From: Balanoglossus misakiensis
Taxonomy: Eukaryota; Animalia; Hemichordata
Direction of reading: 5' to 3'
DNA length: 64,000 bases
Assembly (NCBI GenBank): GCA_040954595.2
Contig: CM082577.2
Span: forward strand, 11,317,654-11,381,653
Under the pieces are notes generated by a model. That model saw only the letters and a program-made list of their open reading frames with translations, did no database searches and had not been told where the DNA came from. Of the stretch, positions 26,556 to 39,590 are shown piece by piece. Position 1 is the first letter of the stretch. Each line of letters begins with the position of its first letter. A program made the position numbers and the translations under genes.

Positions 26556-28117
26556 TGTTGCATAATGGTACGGTATAAATAACCTTGGAGCACACAATGG
26601 AGTTCTTTGTACGACAACAAAAATTATTTCATAAAAACCATTAATTTTTGCTGATGAAAAAAAAAATCTTCCAATAAAAATTATTCTATAGTTTTGCCCT
26701 GCTTGGTCGAGAGGACTTTGTACAGAGTTTGTGTCAGTCTCGGTCGAGAGGATCTACGGTACAATGCCTGCGTGTCCTCAGTCTCACAGTTCAGGTTGCG
26801 TTGACGTGGCTGTAGGAAGACACTGGTAACAGAGCAGGTACAGAAATCTGTTGTCCATGGAAGTCCGTTGTCCACAGTCTGTCTAACACCAGACAATGCA
26901 GTAAATCTTGTGCAGAGCCTTGCAATCAGTCAGACCTCAAAGTCCCCAGTCCTGGCACAACAGCGATGTCAGTTCAGAGTGACATGCTCTCTCACCAATG
27001 CAGTATCATCAAGAAGTGTTCCACGGGAATTTTGAGAGCATGCATTTATACCACTGACCACCTGGCTAAATAATATAATGACCATATTGAAATGCAAGGC
27101 TTTTGTCATGCAAAAGGAAACTACTTCTCTCGACAAAGCAACCATGTGTACTGGTACACAAACAGATGTTACATTGTCAAAAGTTTCAGGAGTAAGTGTG
27201 CCACTAAGAAGAAATGAAGGATATTTATTCTTGAAAAACAAAAGAAATCACCTATTTCAAAAGATTTCCTAGTATTGTATACATTTGAAAATAAAGATAC
27301 ACAATGTGTGAATTTTACTTACCCATGATTTCTGTACTGTTCAAAAGCTTTGATCGTGTACTCAAAAATTGTTTTCAACTTTCTAATTGCAGGAGGAACT
27401 TTCCATGTGATCCAGCTGACAAGACTTGTGAGAAAGTTGAAGATTACAGAAATGGATATATACATAACTACCGGTACAACTGATCTTCAAGTAGGGAAGT
27501 AATATTTTTTTATTTATACTTTGCATTTTAATCTTTTGCTTGGCAGCTGAAATGTACATTGCAGGATGGTCCAGAATTGCTGCAAAACATGGTAAGCATC
27601 TGCTATATTCAGTTACTATGTACTTCTCAATGTTCAAATGCAAGGAGGATGAGTGTGTTGACCACGTCATCAGTTGTGTTGAAAATGGAGCAATTATATT
27701 TCTTAAAATCAATATTTCAAAACAAAACAAAAATTATATGGGAGCAGTCAATTTGTTAATGAAATATGTATTGAGAAGTGTACAATGCATGAAACCAAGA
27801 GTAACTTCCAGTTAACATCAGTGGCTTGGGTTTTGTAATCAAAAAGGTAAGATTCTAGTTTGTAGACCATGTGTGACATACATAAGTATTTCAACAATAT
27901 AAGACAGGGCCCCTAATACTATCAGATAAATGTAAGCCTAGATAAAGGTACAAATATGAAATCTTGACAATGAAAATTAATTAACAATGGGAACATTAAT
28001 GATGAGGATGATGGTGATGGTAATGGTGATACTGATGATGAATATATAACAATAAATAATATTGGTGATGATAATAATGAAATAAAAATTACAGTAATAG
28101 TGATGATGAAAAACTGA

Positions 28118-28119
28118 TA

Positions 28120-28174
<55 letters not shown>
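28118..28174 (+). repeat. (GAT)n microsatellite
   Basis: Near-perfect GAT run; further imperfect (GAT/GGT)n tracts at 29978-30330 and 31497-31640. Confidence 0.95.
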
Positions 28175-28176
<2 letters not shown>

Positions 28177-29097
28177 AGTGCTTTATAAGTGTAAGAAAAA
28201 CACCAATAACAGTAGTTTCTGCAGAACATGGTATTGTCTGGTTTTGATGGATCTTCAGGATACTTTGAGGTGAAAAAGGTTGAGAATGAATATGTTTTGT
28301 ATGGTAAAGGTGGCAATTATTTGATTCATAACAGTCTTAATTGAATCCAGAATAATGGGTGTAATGTTGTATCTGTTAGCCTTGGCATTGTTGTTGTAGT
28401 GGTATAAAATAACGGAATAATAATGTTTAGTGAAGGTTTAACCATACATTTAACACAGAGATGTATTTTCATCTAAACAGTCAGTCACATTCGTCTTAAA
28501 TATTCATCAGAATTGGTAGCCTAAACACTATGCATAGTTGACATTGTATACTTTGTGATTCTGTGTACAGAGTTTTGTGAGACAGATGATTCTGTCTACA
28601 AATTAGAGTAAGATGATCCTAATACATTGAGCTGTTGGTGAAAATATTTATCACTGGTATAATCATTGATATGACTGTTAATATTAATTAATTAAAGTTT
28701 TCTTTTTTTTCTAGGAATGCACTTCAAATGATTCCCTGTTTCCCTAGTATCATTTTTGCTTGACATGTACAATATATCATGTGTACACGTCAATTGATAA
28801 TATTTTCAACACTATCGCTGACTGTAATATGTACGGTACTAGGTGTTTTGCTAAGATATTGTCTGGGAACTCGTGTGACACCACAGTTGGATAGACTGTG
28901 GTTTTTAATGTGTTTTGTATAATATTCTATTTCAGCGTCAAGTATATAAACATATATAAATCAGAATACATGCATTTCTTTTTGCTTAAAACTGATTACA
29001 GGTGGTATAATTGATTGGTGATCATTCGTTATGGCACCAAGACAATTAAATGAAGACAGTAGCAGTGAGCTACTATTACATTTTCTTATTTACTAAC

Positions 29098-30748
29098 AAA
29101 TATATTGGGTATACCAACTGGCACAGCATGTTTAACCGTAACTTCACTTTCATGATTAACAGCTGTGTTGAATACCACTCTGTGTGAGTGAATTTAATGA
29201 CAAAAGTGTAACTACATGTATGTCACATGTCATATAATTACTTCAATTGCTTGACATTGTGTATTTTTCTATAGATCTTGTAGTATCTATAGATTTGAAG
29301 TGGTACTGCGTAACGTTTTGTCACGTAATAACCAAATGAATTCCACGATGTTGCAATACTTTCCTTCAACAGGGGATCGAAGTTTACATTTGTAATGACG
29401 CAAGGCAGTTAAAATGTGTAATCTGCTGGGTGGCAGTCATGCTCTCATGTCACAGTGCATTTGTTAAAACACACATGTTGGTGGTGTGTATGTGCATAAC
29501 TTATGTGCTGACTTTTGTAATAATAAGAACACTTGGTCTCATGCAATGTTCAACCATGCTGTTATGTGCTGTAAATATGGCAGAGGGTGGAACAATCTGT
29601 ATAGCGTACCGTGATCAAGAAAAGCAGTGACAATGTAAAATGGTGATATGCTGGTTAATTTGTATAGATAATGGTGGAAGTGGTACCAAGGTGTACCATG
29701 AGCAGAGTTCCACATGTGACTTTATTAATGTTGGTGTCCCCATTCTGACCTGGCCAGTCAGATTTGGGGATGTCATTACATACCTTGCACTCGCAAACAT
29801 GACATACCTTGCACTCACAAACATGATGTAACAACTCACTAAGAGTGTTGATAAGTAAAAGTCTCTGATTTATCAAACTAGTACAATTGTGTGGATTTGA
29901 TTTTAGTACCTCCAGTATAAAAATGCTGCTTGCATTATAGCCGTAACTTCGCGTTCATGATTAACAGCTGTGTTGACTATGATGGTGATGGTGAGGCAAT
30001 GGTGATGATGGTGATAGTGATGGTACTGGTACTGGTGATGGTGATTATGGAAATGGTGACGGTGGTGATGATGACGATGATGATGGTAATGATGGTGTCA
30101 ATGATTGGTATACCAACTGGTACAGCAAGAGCAGTTTTAACCGCAACTACGCGTTCACAACTGTGTTGAATATGCATGGTGATAATGATGATAATGGTGA
30201 TGGTATACCAAATGGTGTACAGCAGTTTTAACTGTCACTCCGGATTCATGATTAACAGCTATGTGGAATATGGTCGTCCTGATGATAGTGGTGATAATTA
30301 TGATGGTGATAATGATGGTGATGATGGTTACTTTAAAATACTTGTAAATATATTGGTATACCAACTGGCACATCAGGTTTAACCGTAACTTCACTTTCAT
30401 GATTAACAGCTGTGTTGAATACCACTCTGTGTGTGAGTGGATTTAATGCAAAAAAGTGTAACTACATGTATATCACATGACATATAATTACTTCAATTGC
30501 TTAGCATGTATTTTTTTCTATAGATCTTGTAGTGTCTATAGATTTGAAGTGGTAGTGTGTAACGTTTTGTCACGTAATAACCAAATGATTTCACAATGTT
30601 GCAATACTTTCCTTCAACAGGGGAAGTTTACTATGAACTGCCTTATGTAATGACAAAAGGCAGTTGAAATGTGTAATCTACTGGGTGGCAGTCATGCTCT
30701 CAGGTCACAGTGCATTTTGTTAAAACACACACATGGTGGTGGTGTGTA
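29098..30748 (+). repeat. ~400-bp local direct duplication (29098-29490 / 30347-30748) with extra copies of its first ~67 bp
   Basis: The two blocks align directly; the sub-motif occurs at 29108, 29941 (partial), 30107, 30202 and 30355. Confidence 0.9.
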
Positions 30749-31515
30749 CAAATGTACCAGTACATATAACTTTAACTTAAGTATCTGCATATACCCCAAT
30801 TGACAAACCATGGTGTTCTCACTGATAATGATGTTTGTGTGTGTCACAGTCAGTGATTTCAAATTGTTGTCTTAGATACTGTTGCTAGATATGAAAACTT
30901 TGAACTAATCTTTCTTTCAGACAGTGTTACTTGCATTGTATCCGTAACTGTGATCAAAATTTACGTGTATTGAATGCATGATTTCATTCCAGATCATTTG
31001 ATTAAACAGACGCGTATTGTATAACATTTCTATTCCAGATGTGTCCTGTATTTAATTGTGTTAATTAATACCATCCAGTCAGTTTCACCAACAGCTCATT
31101 GTCTGAGCACTCATTTGTTAATTGGAAAGCAATTTACATAGCAACATGTATATGCTTGCCTGTTTTGAATTAAATTGCAGTAAATCACAGAATCACTTGT
31201 GTATAATGTCAGCTAATTACCATTTGAGAGTTTAATGTTACAATATTCTTAGACTTTAATACTTATTTACGTACTGATAATAATAAACATATAATTTACT
31301 TATGAGTTAGACAGCTAGACTAATAAACTAGTGACTATGGACTTTGTAGAATGCCATTGGATGAAAGTCTGATTTTCATGGGTCATTTAATATTCTGATT
31401 TGATTCCTGTATTGTTGGTGATGGTGGTGGCAGTTATGATGTTTATTGATAATACTAATTGTTTTGGTGGTGACATTGATGTTGATGGTGGTCTCGTGAT
31501 GATGATGATGATGAA

Positions 31516-31549
<34 letters not shown>

Positions 31550-32569
31550 GCAATGATGATGATAATGATGATTAAAGTTAAATAAATGTGTTAACGATGA
31601 TAATAATGATGATGAAAATGATGACGATGATAATGATGATGATTAATAGATAAATAATATGCATGCAGTTTTTCATGAAGCCACTGCGTAATTTGCATAA
31701 TTTAGTAATCATGTATGATGATATTAGGGGATAACTACTGAAAAGCCCATTAATAATTTGTACAGTTTGTAGAACTGTTAACTGTAATGATGATTTTCCA
31801 GTAAGGAGGAACTAAAACTAGTAACGGGTATAATATAGCAACTACATAATATGTAGAAGGGGGAAATACTGTAAAAATTGTTGGTAATTTGTTAGAATTT
31901 TTAGCCACCTATGGGACTGTCTTTGACAGTAAGTGTTGGTCCATGTTTTTGCCATGGAAGTAGAGTTTCACATTTTGTCTATTGGGTAATTATAAGCATT
32001 AAGTTTATCAGATCCTAGAGTTTTATAATGTGCATCAGCTGGCTAACTAGCCAACAGATGATAGACAGCACAATGTATTGTAGTATACCATAGGTAACGT
32101 TAAACCCACCCAGTCTGTGATAATGAATTAATATTGACTGTTTATTATTTGTTGCAGGTGTTGGGGTTTGTTAGCAGCCAAGATGAAGTCCATAGCAGTT
32201 AGTTATAATTGTCTATTGACGCATTTTTTTCTCATTAGTTTCAGATTTCAAAGATGCGAAATATCCTCCTGTCGAGACGCCAAACTGGTAACCAGGTAAC
32301 ATGATTCCTGAGGTGTGAGTATGCAAATTAATTTTGAGTGACCACCAATTGAAGGAGATTGCATTCAATATAAGCCAGAAGGAAGATCTGAATGTCACAA
32401 AAAGCCAAGATTTGTCCGTACGTTCAAGCACAACAGTGTGGCACCTTGTATTGTTCAGGAAGATAGATAATCTGTCCATAGATACCTGGATGTACACTTT
32501 ACTGTTGTTTTGTTTTGTTTGACAGCAAAATACTTATTGGTGTATTTTTAATTTTTGCTGATAATATGT

Positions 32570-33445
32570 ATTTGTCTATTTTTCATTCTGTGCAGATAAC
32601 AGTTTCTCTCTGATGATCAACATTTGCCGAACTAGATCTGTGTGCATTCTTGTAACTGCCAAGTGGATTTAAAGGTAATATAGGGTAAAATGCAAGATTC
32701 AGTAGACCGGCGTCCCATGGATGGATGACAGCATATAGAATTAAATTGCTTCATTATTTTGGATGTATTGCCCATGAAGACAGGAGATCATCTGCTACAT
32801 TTTACCATTTGCTGTTTGACACAACAATTACGTATTGGTCTATTTTTCATTTTTGCAGCTAGCAGTTTCTCTCTGATGATCAACATTTGCCAAACAAGAT
32901 CTGTGTGCATTCCTCAGTAAAGCTGCCAAGCAGATTGAAAGGTAACATAGGTAAAACTCAAGATTTGGTATAGAATGACGGTATAGAATTTAATTGCTCA
33001 TTTTGGATGTGTTGTATTGTCCATGAAGACAGGAGATTATCTGCTACATTTTACCATTGTGCTGTTTGACACAACAATTACGTATTGGTCTATTTTTTAA
33101 TTTTGCAGAAAGCAGTTTCTCTCTGATGATCAACATTTGCTCAACTGGATCTGTAAAGCTGACAAGTGGATTTAAAGGTAACATAAGGTAAAACTCAAGC
33201 TTTGGTAGACCGGCAGCCCATGGATGACGTATAGAATTTTATTGCTGATTTTGGATGTATTGTATTGTCCACGAAGACAGGAGATTACATGTATCTGCTA
33301 CATTTTACCATTGTGCTGTTTGACACAACAATTACGTATTGGTCTATTTTTCATTTTTGCAGCTAGCAGTTTCTCTCTGATGATCAGCCAACCTACATGT
33401 AGATCTGAAGATGCCTGTAGCGCAAGCAGATTTCAAAGGTAACAA
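32570..33445 (+). repeat. Tandem array of four ~255-bp exon+intron-like units
   Basis: Each unit reads tattggtctatttttcattt..gcag | ..CAGTTTCTCTCTGATGATCA...AAAG | gtaa. Confidence 0.9.
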
Positions 33446-33774
33446 TTTCAACTGCAAACAGCAATTGCCGGGCGTATGGTACAATTATTCTGATATGACT
33501 CATGACTGCAATTCCATTAAAACTTGGTACATGGACAATGTACCATGACGTACATACGCACATCAAATTTTGTTTGCAGTTTGATCAGAATGGCCACCTG
33601 CAGGCAGCCATCTTTTAAGACAATAAATTCAAGTGCAGACGGGAGCCAGAAGTTGAACATGTTTCAGCCAGTTCCGACTACAAGCATGATGTATTTTGAT
33701 GTACGTGCCTGTTTCAATGTCATGCAATCAAACTTGTTAGGTTCCATTTGGTATGTGTACCTAAGTATATATAT

Positions 33775-34080
33775 CATTGGGAACTTATGGGATTGGTTGT
33801 GTCATGACTGTCTGCATGTCTGTCTGTCTACGTCTGTCTGTATGTATGTATGAATATGTATGTATGCATGTCCCCATCAAAAACTTGAAAACCGCCGTGT
33901 TTTTACCTCGATATTTGGTGTGCAGATGCAGGCCAGGCTGTAGATGGGATTTAATTTGTTCAAAAAAAGTTGTCATTGCCCAAATATGCAAATTTGCTAG
34001 CAAAATATGACATGTCAAAGCTCAACAACTACTGGGCTAATTGCTTTAAAGATTGATCTGCATGTACCTTGTGTCAACCT
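33775..34080. mobile_element. DINE-1/HINE-like (Helentron-associated) non-autonomous fragment
   Basis: GTCT/GTAT microsatellite followed by aaaaacttgaaaaccgcc...gatatttggtgtgcag, an architecture typical of HINE cores; termini not resolved. Confidence 0.5.
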
Positions 34081-35414
34081 TGAAACAATTTAAGAACAGT
34101 AACACTAATGACAAGAAAGCCATCCAATTCAATTTAGCCTATTTTCTGCAAAACCTACAGAGCTTGGCCCAGCTTCTCTGCCACCTCCCCTAACCCCTCG
34201 CTCTCCCCCCCCCCCCCCACACCCCAATACCTGGCCTTCTGGTTGCTCAAGTTTGCAGCCATGCAGGCGCCTACTTCCCAAATTTAGCTGCCTACTCTTA
34301 ATTTTTGTGAAACCTGGCCCTGATATTAACTGGGCTATGGAGAATCCCCCGATCCCAGTCTAGATGAAACACTGATAGTGATCGAGAAATTAACTTGATT
34401 AGATGTTGCCACAATCTAGGCCTTATCGCATGGTCGTGTGTTTGACAGGAGTGCATTTTTGTGTCTGTGTGGAAGTTAAAGTCTCTTGTTGCTATTGTAA
34501 TTCAAGGTAAGTGTGATGTTGTTTCGGTTTATAGGAAAGAAGAGGATGCAAGTATGAATTCAAAAGCCAGCCAGTTCATCGGATGCAGACAAGTTTCCTC
34601 GGACAAGATGACTTTTTTTCACTGACTTAGACCAACTTTGTGTAATTTCATCGTCGTTTGAAGAACAGAACTTTCCCCTATGGGTTGCAATTGAACATTG
34701 ATCATTTCCTACCTCAGTTATTATTATGAGCCAATTTATTCCAATTTTTTGTAATTGTGTCACAGAGAGAGGGAGCAATGTGTACATATCAGTATGCCAA
34801 CACTGTTTCAAGTTTGCCATTGGAAAGGAATATTTTCAAGTAATCCCTATTGGTTTATTACAGTCCTACATAACCTGAAGGCTGTTGGGTCCTATAGGCA
34901 CAATAAGCAATGCGCGTAACAAGCAGCACACTGTGTAAATTAACACTAATCGCACTGGATACAGCAGCCTTCAGGTGTTTACCATTTAGCCTTCAAGCGA
35001 ATAATCACCTGCGTATATAGAAAAAGCAAAGTTTAGATAAGCTGAATGGTAAACTAATAAAAACAGATTACAGCATTATTTTTGTATTGGTACAAAACTT
35101 ATGTGAATCAGTTTTGTTTAGAAAGAATACATGACACCTTCGCATATTGTTTACTTGCTCTCTCTCTCTAAACTTTTCCATTATTGTACTTGATATAGGC
35201 ATGGTTTACTTCTTTTGTACATTTTGAAAGTATGATTTGGTAATTGAAAAGAAATAGAGGTTTAACGGCCATGTTTTTGTGATTAATATTGAAGAATGAA
35301 CATGATTTAAGGCTATACGGAATAATCTGGGTAGCTTCATGGATTGGACACCGAATTTCCATCCGTCAGTGTATGACATTGATTTTTATAGCAATATGAT
35401 AAAAAAGTTGGCAT

Positions 35415-35880
35415 CCTATCCTGGCCTGTCCCCATCCTGTCTTGTCCTCCCTCCCGGTCCTGGCCTGTCCCCATCCTGGCCGAGCCCCTTTCCCTCGCCC
35501 CCCCCCCCCTTCCCCATTCTGTCCTGTCCTCTTCCCCCTGCCTTACCCCCACCCCAACCTGTCCCAGCCATATCCACTGTCCTTTATCCAACCTTGCCCT
35601 GCCCTATACTGTCCTCTCCTCACCCCGACCCTGCCCTGTCCCCTGGCCCGCCTAACCCTGCCACACCCCCATTCTACCATGTCCCCTGCCCTATCCCTTG
35701 TCCTTCGTTCCCTGTTCTGTTCCTGTCCTTCCCTCCTCTCCCGGGGCCCTCACCTGTCCCTATCTGCCCCTGCCCTATCCCCTGTCCCCATCCCTGCCCA
35801 CTGTACCTATCCAGCCTTTCCCTGCCCTGCCCTGCCCTATGCTGTCCTCTCCCTACCCTACCCCCCTCCCCTATCCACTG
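35415..35880 (+). repeat. C-rich low-complexity tract (CCTGC/CCTGT units), G-quadruplex-prone on the minus strand
   Basis: Visible directly; accounts for the Pro-rich ORFs at 35339 and 35442. Confidence 0.9.
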
Positions 35881-36039
35881 TGAACTATGAACATGATGTG
35901 TAAATTTAAGTCTATTCAGAATAGTCAGTGTGTGACGTTGATTTTTATAGCAATATAATACAAGGTTGGTCCTCCCAGGAGTTTTTTAATACAAAGGGGA
36001 ATTTGTCATAGGTGCATTGAACAGTGGAAATTTTAATTA

Positions 36040-36776
36040 ATCACGTGACCTGGCAGCCATATTGGATCGGTCACATGACTCCGGCTGCCATATTGGATTT
36101 TCTTAAAATCTGTTGACCTGTATGGGAATTAAAATTTTCAGGACCCCGTTGACCTCTGATGACCTCATATCTAATTCTAGCCTTACCAACAGAGCTAGAG
36201 TTGCATTTTTTAAAAATATGTTCTATTATGGGATGAAACTTTTTTGCCAAATTTTTTGACCCCATTCACCTATGTCAACCTCATTAATTATGTGCATACT
36301 TAATTTAAGCTAACCAATTGAGTAATTAGTCTGTTTTTGTACATGAACAGTATGCAATATAGGATCAAATTTTTTTATGACAATTTTGGGTGACCTCAGG
36401 TGACCTTTGACCTACTTCTCATATCCCTGTATCCAGAGTAGATACAGTCTTAGCATTTAGAGGAATGGAACGCCTAATGGAGTCTTACACTTTAACTAAT
36501 TTATTATGCGCATACCTACCGGGTAATTCCAGGCTAAACAATAGGCCTATAAGTTTGGTTCTTGTTGGACATGAACCAATATAGGACCAAAATTTTTTGT
36601 TAAATTTTGGGTGACCTTGGGATGACCCTTGACCTACTTTGCCCTATGTCAACATGACAATAGATAGATATGAACTTGATGGAGTCTCATGTTTCTACTC
36701 ATTAATTATGTGCATACCTAATTTCTGACCAACCAATTGCACTTGGGCCCCAACAAGGCTGCTTGCAGCTTTAATT
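36040..36776 (-). mobile_element. Helentron-type non-autonomous element fragment (same terminus as 52965-55010)
   Basis: Reverse complement of the right end, AATTAAAGCTGCAAGCAGCCTTGTTGGGGCCCAAG, matches AATTAAAGCTGCAAGCAGCGTTGAAGGGGCCCAAG at 52965. Left boundary approximate. Confidence 0.65.
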
Positions 36777-36999
36777 AAATTAAATTTTATTTGTTTTTGC
36801 TTTTTATTTTATTTATTCCATTCAGTCATTCATTCATTTACTCATTATTTATTTATTTATGTGTGTCTTTGTTCCTTGGGTTATGTACGTACAATGTACC
36901 TGTATGTGTGTATGTATGTATGTATGTATGTATGTACCGTATGTATTTATGTATGTATGTACGTATGTATATGTGATGTACGGTATGTATATAATGTAT

Positions 37000-37850
37000 C
37001 TGTGATTGCCATATATTTTTGAATTCATATTTGAATTCTTAACATTTTTTTGTGTCTGGGGAGTACGTACCCTCTGGTGTACCAGTATTTTGGCTTTTGT
37101 GATTGCCATGGTTAAATCTTTGAATTCATAATTCAATTGTCAACATTTTTGGGTGTTTTGGAGTTCTCTCTTGATGTTCTGGGAGGACATTTGTGATTGG
37201 ATTGATTGCCTTTTGGAATATTTTTTAGGTGTCTGAGAGTACTCTCTTGTTGTATTCTTGCATTTGTGATTGCCATGGTTATATTTTTGAATTCATATTT
37301 GAATTTTCAACATTTTTAGGTGTTTTGGAGTTCTCTCTTGGTGTATTTTTGGCATCTGTGATTGGCTTGGTTGTATTTTGGACATTTTTGAGTGTCTTTG
37401 AGTATTCTTTGCGTGTCTGGGTTGTATTTGGTTATCTGACGCAGCTGCAGGTTCACCACCCTAGCAGAAGTCAGAAGATTGCAGTCCCTCTTCAAATCTT
37501 TTTTTCTTTGTGTGTGCACCTGTCACACGATCTGCAGTGTACTTTCTTGATTTTCATGATTCCTGTCTGGATTGTTGTTGGTTATCTGACGAAGCTGGTT
37601 CACCACCCTTCCAGAAGAAGTCACAAGATTGCAATCCCTCTTCAAATCATCTATTTCTTTTTGTGTGCGCCTGTCACACTATCTGCAGTGTACTTTCTTC
37701 ATTTTCACGATTCCTGTCTGGATTGTTTTTGGTTATCTGACGAAGCTGGTTCACCACCCTTGCAGAAGAAGACACAAGATTGCAGTCGCTCTTTAAATCA
37801 TTGACGTCTTTTGCGCGCGCGCCTATCGCTATCTCCAGTGTACTTTCCCG
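37000..37850 (+). repeat. Two adjacent tandem arrays: ~100-165 bp x3 (37000-37410) and ~150 bp x3 (37415-37850)
   Basis: Repeated tgtgattgcca...gaattcata; repeated ggttatctgacg.agctg..ttcaccaccct...cacaagattgca. Confidence 0.85.
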
Positions 37851-38299
37851 TATTATAAATAAAGAATATGAATGTGTGTGCTTGCATGTGTATGTACCAG
37901 TATGCGTTTTTAAAATTTTTATGATTTTTTATACCCGTTCAGTTTTCAGGTATTTTAATCTGTGTGAGTGTGTGTGATTGAACATTTAAACATTTGTCTC
38001 TGTATGTGTCTTTTTTCCTGAAACTTATAGGGTGTGTCTTTAATGAAGTTTTTCCAATGGCTATAACAGATGACAAGGTTTCAATTTGCAATGTATTTGA
38101 GAATACCATATGCAAGACATAACTAACCTGATTTGATGATGAAAAACAATTGCAATAGAACCTTCAAGTCCAGTATAGTTTCCTGGGATCAGTTCATTAG
38201 TCACTTTTCACACGTGTGTAGTTTACAACACTTTCATATACCGGTATATGTTTTATTTTTCATGTTTTAAGTAATTTTGTGTGCGTGCATGTGTGTGTT

Positions 38300-39590
38300 T
38301 TGTACAGATTATTTTACACATTGTTGCGTGCATATGCATTGTGTGAGTGTTTACAGTCCTTTGATTTTTTAGATGAAAATTTTCTTTACAAAGACATAAA
38401 TAATGTGTTTGCAAAAGCCATTTAGGCATAATTGTTTTGTTTTGTTTTATTGGGGGAGGGCATATAAGCAATAAATTTGGTCTTAAATTGAACAGCTTTA
38501 AGCCTATACAACATGGCTTATGGGCAACACATTATTTACAATTTTGTGGTATTTACTTTTTTTTAAAAGTATTCTATATTTTATACACTTACAGTTTTCA
38601 GTAATTTTGAATTTGAACCTTCATCACTGTTTCCTCAATGTTTGAGGGACTTTAATGGAATTTTTCCAATGGCTATATCAGATGAAGGTTCAATTTGCTT
38701 TTGCTTGACATTGTCAAGTATTTATTATTTGATGTGTGTGTATCTATACAGATTATTTCACACATTGTTGCGTGCATATGCATTGTGTGAGTGTTTACAC
38801 CCCTTTGATTTTTTTTTATGAAAGTTTTCTTTATAAAGTTGTAAATAATGTGTTTGCAAAAGCCATTTAGGCATAATTGTTTTGTTTTGTTTTATTGGGG
38901 GAGGGCATATATGCAATAAATTTGGTCTTAAATTGAACAGCTTCAAGCCTATACAACATGGCTTGTGGGCAACACATTATTTACAATTTTTTGTGGTATT
39001 TATTTTTAAAAAAAAGGTTTTCTATATTTTATACACTTCCAGTTTTTAGTAATTTTGCATTTGAACCTTCATCTCTTTGTCCTTTAATGGAATTTTTCCA
39101 ATAGCTATATCAGATGAAGTTTCAATTTGCTTTAGCTTGACATTGTCAAGTATTTATTATTTGATGTGTGTGTATCTATACAGATTATTTACGGTATTTT
39201 ACACATTTTTGCATGCATATGCATTGTGTGAGTGTTTACAAAGACATAAATAATGTGTTTGCAAAAGCCAATTAGGCAACTGCAATTGTTTTGATTTTTT
39301 ATTGGGGGAGGGATTAGCAATGAATTTGGTCTTAAATTGAACAGCATCAAGCCTATACAACATGGCTTATGGGCAACACATTATTTACAATTTTTGTGGT
39401 ATTTACTTTAAAAAAAAGTTTTTTCTATATTTTATACACTTCCAGTTTTTAGTAATTTTGCATTTGAACCTTCATCTCTGTGTCATTTTCCCCTCAATGT
39501 TTTGGGGCCTTTAATGGAATTTTTCCAATGGCTATATGGATGAAGGTTCAATTTGCTTTTGCTTGACACTGTCAAGTATTTAGTATTTGA
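38300..39590 (+). repeat. ~430-bp tandem triplication
   Basis: Three copies of gcatatgcattgtgtgagtgtttaca...gcaaaagcca...aagcctatacaacatggctt...tttgaaccttcatc...; 38040-38230 and 39625-39740 are also similar to each other. Confidence 0.9.

Noticed and set aside
26692-27272. Exon-like segment with a TQT (LC8-binding-like) motif
   Set aside because: All three frames contain stops across the segment; it is at most a decayed or non-coding exon.
29098-30421. CRISPR-like repeat/spacer appearance
   Set aside because: The repeats are ~67 bp and diverged, the spacers are microsatellites, there are no cas genes, and the context is eukaryotic.
28089-31585. Poly-Ile / poly-Met / poly-Val ORFs
   Set aside because: Translations of (GAT)n and (GGT)n microsatellites.
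32606-33412. C/D box snoRNA suggested by TGATGA ... CTGA in the repeat units
   Set aside because: The boxes fall in the exon-like part, are only ~25 nt apart, and the D box is intact in one copy only.
35339-35903. 183-aa and 153-aa proline-rich ORFs
   Set aside because: By-products of a C-rich low-complexity tract that lacks stop codons; no splice or domain support.
37229-37804. 191-aa hydrophobic ORF
   Set aside because: It lies wholly within T-rich tandem repeats whose copies shift frame relative to one another.
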